From NCBI GenBank assembly GCA_045629255.1, contig JAZQQW010000051.1, positions 1,134 to 65,133 on the forward strand: a DNA stretch of 64,000 nucleotides. Direction: 5' to 3'. The notes below the pieces were generated by a model. The model did no database searches and was not told the origin of the DNA. It was given only the letters and a program-made list of their open reading frames with translations. The DNA comes from Treponema sp. (lineage in GTDB: Bacteria; Spirochaetota; Spirochaetia; Treponematales; Treponemataceae). How positions within the stretch are numbered: position 1 is the stretch's first letter; every line of letters starts with the position of its first letter. This document shows, piece by piece, positions 9,742-16,729 of the stretch. Made by a program: the position numbers and the translations under genes.

Positions 9742-10248
9742 ATGGAAAAAGAATATTCAGTAAAACTTTACGACGACAGTATAATTGAGTTTAAGTTAAT
9801 CAGCAAAGATATTTTTGATGATTTAGTAAAGCAGGAAGGATGGAAAGAATATCCAGAAGCGTTAGAATTTGAGTGTTCACTTGTATTTATAAAAGCATAT
9901 ACAAATGGAACAGAATATATTGCCTTAATGGACGACAAAATAAAAGAGAATGCAATTTACTTTAAGAATGAATTTTTCTTTGAACTTTTGAAAACAAATG
10001 AATTAGTTTTTTTCGGAGAAAGAAAATATAATCCTGATGAAGCACATTTTATGTTGATGTATTATAACGAAAAAACATCTGTTCTTTTAAAAAATCATAA
10101 TATTAAGAAAATAAAAGAAGAAACAAAAAGTAAGGAAGGATATTATGAAATTGATGACGGAAGATATATGTATTTATTTGAAGACGAAAGAGCAGAAGTT
10201 TTTATGAATTTCAGAGACATGGAAATTCTTGAAGACGTAATAGGATAA
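9742..10248 (+). CDS. putative cognate immunity protein
   Basis: 168-aa acidic ORF starting 16 nt after the toxin ORF, same strand. Call is positional only. Confidence 0.4.
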   Translation: MEKEYSVKLYDDSIIEFKLISKDIFDDLVKQEGWKEYPEALEFECSLVFIKAYTNGTEYIALMDDKIKENAIYFKNEFFFELLKTNELVFFGERKYNPDEAHFMLMYYNEKTSVLLKNHNIKKIKEETKSKEGYYEIDDGRYMYLFEDERAEVFMNFRDMEILEDVIG

Positions 10249-10304
10249 ATCAATCTTGTAAAAAAGTCGATAAACCGGCAGTCTAATGGCTAATTTACAG
10301 GGGT

Positions 10305-10362
10305 TATTAAAAACCAGTTTCTTCCCATCAATAGCAATTGATATGAATAAAGGGCATTTTCT
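10305..10362 (-). mobile_element. short remnant resembling an ISAs1/H-repeat transposase fragment (copy B of the direct repeat)
   Basis: Minus-strand translation ...IQCFYTENCRKCPLFISIAIDGKKL resembles the ...ECFxxWxxxC...VIAIDGKTLR segment of ISAs1-family transposases. Same orientation as copy A. Confidence 0.35.
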
Positions 10363-10476
10363 GCAATTTTCAGTGTAAAAACATTGGATTTTGCAGCACA
10401 AAGTTTTACATACAGGCAGTTTCAAAACAATGGCACCGGAAAATGATTTCTGCTATAATAAAACTACGAGGAAAAC

Positions 10477-12060
10477 ATGACTTTAAGAAAATATCCAATC
10501 GGCTGGCAGGATTTTGCAAAGATACGTAATGAAAACTTTGTTTATGTCGACAAAACTGAATATATCTATAATCTTGCAAAGGAACCTCATCCTTATTTTT
10601 TAAGCCGTCCACGCCGGTTCGGTAAAAGTCTTTTGCTTTCCACGATGCGATATTACTTTGAAGGCAGAAAGGAACTTTTTGAAGGCCTGAAAATTGCTGA
10701 GCTTGAAACTGAATGGATAAAATACCCGGTTATCAACATAAGTTTTGGCAGAAGCTCCTATGAAATGTCAGGCAGCCTTGAAACAATAATAGATTTGATT
10801 CTCTGGGAAAAAGAAAGTGAATTTAACCTGAATGAAAATCATTCTGAAAAATTAAATTTTGCAGTAAGGTTTCAGGTTCTCATTGAAAAGATGTTTAAGG
10901 CAACAGGAAAACAGGTTGTCGTTTTAGTGGATGAATATGATAAGCCTATCCTCGATGCACTTTATTCAGAAAATGAAGAAAAGCACCGGCAGATTTTAAG
11001 GAATTTCTACGGAACGTTAAAAGACTGTGACCAGTATCTGAAATTCATTTTCATCACAGGAATTACAAAAATCAGCCACGTGAACATTTTCTCCGGCCTC
11101 AATCAGCTTGATGACATAAGCATGAACAGGCATTATTCATCAATCTGCGGTATTTCAGAAACTGAACTTGATGAGTATTTTACGGAAGACATAAAGGCAC
11201 TTGCTGAATCAAAGAAGTTTGATTACGGAAAAACAAAAGCAAAGCTTTCCCAGATGTATGACGGCTATCATTTTACTGACAATACAGAAGGAGTCTATAA
11301 TCCGTTCTGCCTGTTAAAATGTTTCAGTGAAGAGCGGTTCGGTTCTTACTGGTTTGAAACGGGGACCCCGACAGTTCTTGTAAAGACGCTTTTGCATCAG
11401 CCGCTTTTTCTTGCAAACCTGATTGGCGGCCGCAGGGTAAGTGAAGACGATTTTAAAAACTATGACCCGGAAACAAAAAACATGCTCCCGGTTGTCTATC
11501 AGAGCGGGTACCTTACGATAAAGTCTTTTGATGAATCTTCTGAAAGATATATACTTGGTTTTCCGAACAAGGAAGTTGAAGCGGGCTTTTTAAAAATCCT
11601 TGTAAAGAAATTTGCAAAGTTTCCGGAAGATGACATGGGCTTTGCAGTTGACAACATTACGGACGCCCTTAAAGTTCATGATGTAGATAAGGCTTTGAAA
11701 ATAATTCAGGCTTCAATTGCAGATTTACCGACAGTCGTAAAAAAAGACATGTGCGAAAATTACTATGAAAGCATTACTCACATCATTTTCAGGTTGACCG
11801 GCTTCAATGTCATTTCTGAACTTCAGTCTATAAACGGAAGAAGTGACGTAATTTTAACCACCAATGACAGCGTTTACATATTTGAGCTCAAAATGGATAA
11901 AGGCCGCGAAACAGACAGCGTTTTGGAAGAAGCCCTTTTCCAGATAGACGACAAAGGATACGCAGACCGTTTTGCAGTAAGTGGAAAACCCATGATTAAA
12001 ACCGGTATCGTATTTTCAAGTGAAGGAAAGGGAATTACCGGCTGGAAAGTAAGAACTTAA
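10477..12060 (+). CDS. AAA-ATPase-like (PF09820-type) protein with C-terminal PD-(D/E)XK nuclease-like domain
   Basis: 527 aa. The N-terminus YPIGWQDFAKIRNENFVYVDKTEYIYNL...FLSRPRRFGKSLLLST is the hallmark of this family. The C-terminal GRSDVILTTNDSVYIFELKMDK fits a D...ExK core. Confidence 0.85.
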   Translation: MTLRKYPIGWQDFAKIRNENFVYVDKTEYIYNLAKEPHPYFLSRPRRFGKSLLLSTMRYYFEGRKELFEGLKIAELETEWIKYPVINISFGRSSYEMSGSLETIIDLILWEKESEFNLNENHSEKLNFAVRFQVLIEKMFKATGKQVVVLVDEYDKPILDALYSENEEKHRQILRNFYGTLKDCDQYLKFIFITGITKISHVNIFSGLNQLDDISMNRHYSSICGISETELDEYFTEDIKALAESKKFDYGKTKAKLSQMYDGYHFTDNTEGVYNPFCLLKCFSEERFGSYWFETGTPTVLVKTLLHQPLFLANLIGGRRVSEDDFKNYDPETKNMLPVVYQSGYLTIKSFDESSERYILGFPNKEVEAGFLKILVKKFAKFPEDDMGFAVDNITDALKVHDVDKALKIIQASIADLPTVVKKDMCENYYESITHIIFRLTGFNVISELQSINGRSDVILTTNDSVYIFELKMDKGRETDSVLEEALFQIDDKGYADRFAVSGKPMIKTGIVFSSEGKGITGWKVRT

Positions 12061-12146
12061 ATCCTGCAAACGACAATGAAAACATTCGGCTTCAGACGAT
12101 GTTCTATCACTACGCCGGAAACAACCCGGTAAGGAAAGGATTTTAG
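12060..12146 (+). pseudogene. second, truncated copy of the pre-toxin junction
   Basis: Translation NPANDNENIRLQTMFYHYAGNNPVRKGF*. The stretch TATCACTACGCCGGAAACAACCCGGT closely matches TACCACTACGCCGGCAACAATCCGGT at 9061-9086. It starts at the last base of the AAA-ATPase stop codon. Confidence 0.6.
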
Positions 12147-12204
12147 AAATTCATTTTATTGTTTAAGAAGCGAAGCTCATTTTGACGATGGAAGTGAAAT
12201 TCTT

Positions 12205-12396
12205 TTGTTTAGTAATGATGAGTTTATAAAACTTCTAGGTTATAGAGATTTAGGACTTGATGAAAAAGATGATGTAATAATAGATGATATTCATTCTATC
12301 ATAATGCCGAGAAAAGAATTTGACTGCATTGTCCGTGAATCGCTCGATTATATTTTAACGGAGCGTGATAAATTTATGGAAAACAGTCAGATATAG
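12205..12396 (+). CDS. small orphan ORF, possibly the C-terminal domain belonging to the truncated junction
   Basis: 63-aa TTG-start ORF. Its frame is open back to 12133, directly against the NNPV motif but offset by one base. Confidence 0.3.
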   Translation: MFSNDEFIKLLGYRDLGLDEKDDVIIDDIHSIIMPRKEFDCIVRESLDYILTERDKFMENSQI

Positions 12397-12482
12397 ATTG
12401 GAAAATATAAAATCAGGAGTTGCAAAAGTGAAAAAACAATCAAAAGACTTACATAATTGCCGGACTTGAGGATTCTCTAGGC

Positions 12483-12953
12483 TTGAATGGAGATGTCAAA
12501 GTAAAAATTCCTTTGTATGAGGCAAAAACTGGTAATTTAAAATTGGATTCTACAGGTGTTATTCAATATATAGATAGTATAGATTCATTGATTCTGGCTC
12601 CGAATGAAACTAGTCAAGGAAGTTTTGATGGAGCAAAAGATAAAAACGGAAATTATTTTAAAGTAACTGCTAGAAATACTGTGATTGACTTTGAAGTAAA
12701 TGACAAAAGTCTGAAAGTCATAGGAACTCATGATTTTATAGTAAATTGGTGTGGAGACTGTTACAAGAAACTGGCAAATATTGTAAAAGGTTTGAAAGGC
12801 GAATCTAAAAAAATATTATCGGGATTTAAGAAAGCTGGTTCTTTGGATGCAAAACGTCTGTCTGGATATTGGGATAAAAGTTTTACACGTGATTGCGGTG
12901 CAACATACGATGAATGGGTAGCAAGTATAATTCTTATGAACAATTCAGTTTAA
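12483..12953 (+). CDS. hypothetical protein (orphan island ORF)
   Basis: 156-aa ORF with a WCGDC motif reminiscent of thioredoxin WCGPC, but without recognisable fold context. Start is uncertain; see the homopolymer finding. Confidence 0.4.
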   Translation: MNGDVKVKIPLYEAKTGNLKLDSTGVIQYIDSIDSLILAPNETSQGSFDGAKDKNGNYFKVTARNTVIDFEVNDKSLKVIGTHDFIVNWCGDCYKKLANIVKGLKGESKKILSGFKKAGSLDAKRLSGYWDKSFTRDCGATYDEWVASIILMNNSV

Positions 12954-13019
12954 GGAAGTATTTGAATGAAAGCGGCTGTAAAGCTTAGTTTTAAAGCTTT
13001 CTTTTGTTTTCTTCCATGT

Positions 13020-13046
13020 CTGTCAGCCGGACATACCGGCTGACAG
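13020..13046. terminator. perfect 11-bp hairpin between convergent genes
   Basis: CTGTCAGCCGG-acata-CCGGCTGACAG followed by TTTA. Confidence 0.5.
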
Positions 13047-13061
13047 TTTATGTTCTGTGTA

Positions 13062-14594
13062 TTAATCTCTGTTATGATTTTTTTTGTCAAATTTGTGATT
13101 AACTTTGATGTTTAAGACAAGAGCTCCTGATTTTGAGTCGATGTGTGACATGTCTCTCGGAACATAAGTAGAATATGCTTCACCTGAATGCATATTGTCA
13201 TCTGTTACGATAAGAAGAAGTCCTTGTTTAGAACATGCGTAATATCCTGTTCTTTTGCCGGGAAGAGAAATAGGATCGCTTGTTATGCGGAAAGAAAGCT
13301 TGCCTTTGTGTAGTGTTGCTTCTTTTTCAAAGTCGGATTCCTGAAGGGTTTCTTTCTGTTCTGATTTTTCAAGTATTTCAGTTTCTGCAATTTTTTGTAC
13401 GTCTTCTGCGGCCTGAACATTTCTCTTTGCTGCGATAAAAGAAAGAACTGCTCTTTCTTTGGGAATATAAATGCTCTTCGAAAAGCTTCTGAGTGCCTGC
13501 GGTGCATCTTCTGTAGAAAATGAAAAGTTGCACCATTTGCCGCCGCGCTTGCCGTCCATCGGGCATTCTGAGCAGTGTGTACATGGAGCTGATGGGAAAA
13601 ACTGTCTTTTCTGCAGAGCTGCACGCAGCAGGCTGATAAATCGTCCGCAGTTAGGTACGCCCGGCTCTACGATAAACATGCGTGTATCTTCGTTGTTTTT
13701 GTTCATGTATGACAAAAGTTCGAGTGCATATTTTTTTGCAAGGTAGTCAGGCGGCATGTCTGCGTTCTGCATGATTTCGTTGAATACGTTTGCACTTGTC
13801 AAAAAGTCAACTTTTTCTTTGACCGGTGTGCCGAGCTGTCCTGTTACGCGGAGTATTTTCCATGGTTCGCATTCAAGTGCTGCGGAAACTGAGAGAAAGA
13901 TATTTTCTCCGGCTGTAAGTGCCTGTGATGAAATATCCATGCAGTACCATGTGATTTTTTTGTTTCTCAGTTCTGGCCGTGAAAGGAAAATGGCAATCGG
14001 TACTGTAAGCGGTCCGCTTCCGATGTCCAGACATATAGAACCGTCGCCGATATTGAAAAAATCGTCCGGCAGATTTGCAAAGAGTCTTGTGAGGCGTACG
14101 ATGTTCCACCACAGATAGTAGTGAATGTATGCACTCAAGGCTGTGGTTTCATTCATGTAGCCGAGTCTTCTGTCTTCGCGTTCATCTGTCAGTTCGTGGC
14201 TGAGTGAGCGGATTTGTCCGGGAAGAAGGGCTCTCTGTTTAGATGTGAGCGGATATATTGAACTGACAATTTTTTCAAAATCATTTATGACTTTGCGGCC
14301 GGCTGCGTCCAGTGCACTCAAATCAAAAAGGGCTTCTGTTTTGTCTGCCTGACAGAAATTTACTCTGTGACCTGCGGTTGAATGAAAATTCTCATCTGAA
14401 GATTTTGTGCGGTGTGCGTTCTTTTGTGATTTTTTGCCGGCTGTGCGTTTGTTATCTGATTTTTCTTCTTCTCTGCGTCTTTTTCTGGCTTCTTTGCCTT
14501 CGATTCTCTTTACTTTCTGTTCAAGTGTAATGCCTTGTTTTTTTTCATACCATTTTAATTCTATTTTATCACTGGCATTTTCTTTTTCGTTCAT
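13062..14594 (-). CDS. Rsm22-like SAM-dependent methyltransferase with basic N-terminal extension
   Basis: 510 aa. CLDIGSGPLT (SAM motif I) and a CTHCSECPMDGKRGGKWCNF cysteine cluster typical of Rsm22-family proteins. Confidence 0.65.
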   Translation of the reverse strand: MNEKENASDKIELKWYEKKQGITLEQKVKRIEGKEARKRRREEEKSDNKRTAGKKSQKNAHRTKSSDENFHSTAGHRVNFCQADKTEALFDLSALDAAGRKVINDFEKIVSSIYPLTSKQRALLPGQIRSLSHELTDEREDRRLGYMNETTALSAYIHYYLWWNIVRLTRLFANLPDDFFNIGDGSICLDIGSGPLTVPIAIFLSRPELRNKKITWYCMDISSQALTAGENIFLSVSAALECEPWKILRVTGQLGTPVKEKVDFLTSANVFNEIMQNADMPPDYLAKKYALELLSYMNKNNEDTRMFIVEPGVPNCGRFISLLRAALQKRQFFPSAPCTHCSECPMDGKRGGKWCNFSFSTEDAPQALRSFSKSIYIPKERAVLSFIAAKRNVQAAEDVQKIAETEILEKSEQKETLQESDFEKEATLHKGKLSFRITSDPISLPGKRTGYYACSKQGLLLIVTDDNMHSGEAYSTYVPRDMSHIDSKSGALVLNIKVNHKFDKKNHNRD

Positions 14595-14812
14595 ACAATT
14601 CCTCTCATATATGTTTAACCGCTACGCTGTTAGATTAAACTTAATACAATGATTTACTGGATTAACAGTCAGCGTTTGTCTCTTTTTTGTCTGCTGGTGA
14701 AATCTTCGAAAAGTTTTGTTTTTGAAGACTCTTTTAAACATTACCGGATATTGCGGTAAAACCATGGGGCTTACCGTAGTTTCAACTGTGTTAAAATACG
14801 CAGTTAAGCAGC

Positions 14813-15181
14813 TCAGTCTGTTTTTCTGGTTGTTCTCAATGCTCTGTCACAGGCTTCTGTCAGTTTCTTGAGCAAAAGGTACATTTCCCCCAGCTGTTCG
14901 CGGATTTCTCTGACAGTAGCGATGGTCTGTGCTTTCTGTTCACATATTTCTGAATCCTTGATGATCTGTGCTCCGGCTTTGCGTGCGCTTAACTTTTTAT
15001 CATAAACAAGATGTTTCATTCTCAGGATTATTTCTAATTCTCTCTGCGAATAAAAACGACATCCTCTGTAATCTTTTGTCGGAGAGAAAAAAGGAACTGA
15101 ATTTTCCCAGCGTCGAAGAATATGAGCTTTGACGCCGGAAAGCTGTTCAATATCGCTGATCAGATATTTTGCCATAGGCAT
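14813..15181 (-). CDS. MerR-family transcriptional regulator
   Basis: 122 aa. N-terminal helix-turn-helix YLISDIEQLSGVKAHILRRWE...RFYSQRELEIILRMKHL. Confidence 0.8.
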   Translation of the reverse strand: MPMAKYLISDIEQLSGVKAHILRRWENSVPFFSPTKDYRGCRFYSQRELEIILRMKHLVYDKKLSARKAGAQIIKDSEICEQKAQTIATVREIREQLGEMYLLLKKLTEACDRALRTTRKTD

Positions 15182-15184
15182 TCA

Positions 15185-16729
15185 TCAGTTGTCTTGTTTG
15201 TCTCCGCGGTTTTCCCATTTCTGGCGGCTTGCCTTCATTTCTATCTGGACAGGAATCTGGTCAAAACCAAGGTCTTCACGAATTCTGTTCTTGAGATATG
15301 TGACATAGCTTTGTGGGACGTTGTCCGGGCGTGTTGCAAAAATCAGGAATTTAATCGGATTTATGCTTGTTTGCGTCATATATCTGACTTTGAAATGTAT
15401 GGCTTTTGTAGCTGGCGGCGGATATTTTGCAAGCCAGTCATTGAGTGCGTTGTTCAAAGACGCTGTATCCACTTTTCTTGTGAGCTGTTCGTAAATAGAA
15501 AGCGCTGTATCCATCAGTGTTTTGATGCCGTCTGCATTCTTTGCACTGATTTCGACAATCGGTGCCCAGTTCATCTGACCGAACATCGTGCGGAAATAGT
15601 CCTCGATTTCTTTGCGGGCTTTGTTGCTCTTGTCTTCAACAAGATCCCATTTGTTGAGGATAAATATTACGCCGCGTCCTTTCTGGTATGCAAGCGATGT
15701 AATTTTTTTATCCTGCTCAGAAAGTCCTTGTACTGCGTCCATCATGATAAAGGCAATGTCGCACTCTTCGAGCGTTTTGATTGCTCTGTTGACTGAGTAA
15801 TACTCGACATTTTCGTTGACCTTTGATTTGCGGCGGATTCCTGCTGTATCAAGAATTTCTATGTCTTTGTTGTTATAGCGGAAAGATCCTTCTACAACAT
15901 CTCGTGTCGTGCCGGCATAATCGCTGACTATAGAAGCTTCTGTGTGTGTGAGTACGTTGCTGAGTGTGGATTTGCCGGTGTTCGGCTTGCCGAGTATGGC
16001 AATGCGGATTGGTTTGTCCTGCTCAGAGCCTTCTGTGACACGGGAGAAATCAAGGTCTTTAACCATTGCTTCTGAAAGTTTTGGAATGCCGTCTCCGTGT
16101 GTTGCAGATATGAAAACAATGTCGTTGAAACCGTATTTCATGTAGTTATACGCCAGTGTTTCGTTTTTGCCGCCTTCTGTTTTGTTGACAGCTGCAATGA
16201 GCTTGTTCCAGTATGGTCTCATCTGCTGGATAAATTCCTGGTCTTCTGCGGTTTCTTCTGTAGCATCGAGCAAAAGCAGAATACGGTCTGCTTTTTTTAT
16301 CATTTCGACAGTTTTTGCTACAACAAGGTCATCCATCTCGCTTTCTCTGGATGTGTAGTCACGTGTAAGTTTGTATCCGCCTGTATCCATAAGATGTACA
16401 GGTTTGCCTGCGATGAAACATGTTCCTTCGACAGGGTCGCGTGTAACGCCTGGTGTCGGATCTGTGATTGCACGTCTTGTATGTGTGAGTGCGTTGAACA
16501 GAGTAGATTTGCCTACGTTCGGACGGCCTGCGATAACTATGAGTGGCAGATTAAAGTAAACTTTTTCTGGGTAAAACTGTCTGATTCGGGACTTTTCGTC
16601 TAAATCATCACTTTTTTTATCTTCAGCTGTGATTTTTGAGTCATTCTGTGATTCTTCTGCCAGAGTTTCTTCTACTGGCTTTACTGGCTTCGGTTTTGAG
16701 AAGTCAGGCTTTTGCTTCTTTTTTTTCAT
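15185..16729 (-). CDS. der: ribosome-associated GTPase Der/EngA
   Basis: Two GTPase domains (GRPNVGKSTLFN and GKPNTGKSTLSN, DTGG/DTAG, NKTE/NKWD) plus a KH-like C-terminus. About 60-aa K/E-rich N-terminal extension. Confidence 0.95.
   Translation of the reverse strand: MKKKKQKPDFSKPKPVKPVEETLAEESQNDSKITAEDKKSDDLDEKSRIRQFYPEKVYFNLPLIVIAGRPNVGKSTLFNALTHTRRAITDPTPGVTRDPVEGTCFIAGKPVHLMDTGGYKLTRDYTSRESEMDDLVVAKTVEMIKKADRILLLLDATEETAEDQEFIQQMRPYWNKLIAAVNKTEGGKNETLAYNYMKYGFNDIVFISATHGDGIPKLSEAMVKDLDFSRVTEGSEQDKPIRIAILGKPNTGKSTLSNVLTHTEASIVSDYAGTTRDVVEGSFRYNNKDIEILDTAGIRRKSKVNENVEYYSVNRAIKTLEECDIAFIMMDAVQGLSEQDKKITSLAYQKGRGVIFILNKWDLVEDKSNKARKEIEDYFRTMFGQMNWAPIVEISAKNADGIKTLMDTALSIYEQLTRKVDTASLNNALNDWLAKYPPPATKAIHFKVRYMTQTSINPIKFLIFATRPDNVPQSYVTYLKNRIREDLGFDQIPVQIEMKASRQKWENRGDKQDN

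Noticed and set aside
12483-12953. Thioredoxin-like call based on the WCGDC motif
   Set aside because: The motif sits about 90 residues into a 156-aa protein without the surrounding thioredoxin-fold pattern. It is a single pentapeptide match and is kept only as a note.
15122-15796. 224-aa plus-strand ORF
   Set aside because: It is antisense to der and the MerR-family gene. It is Cys/Phe-rich with no motif.
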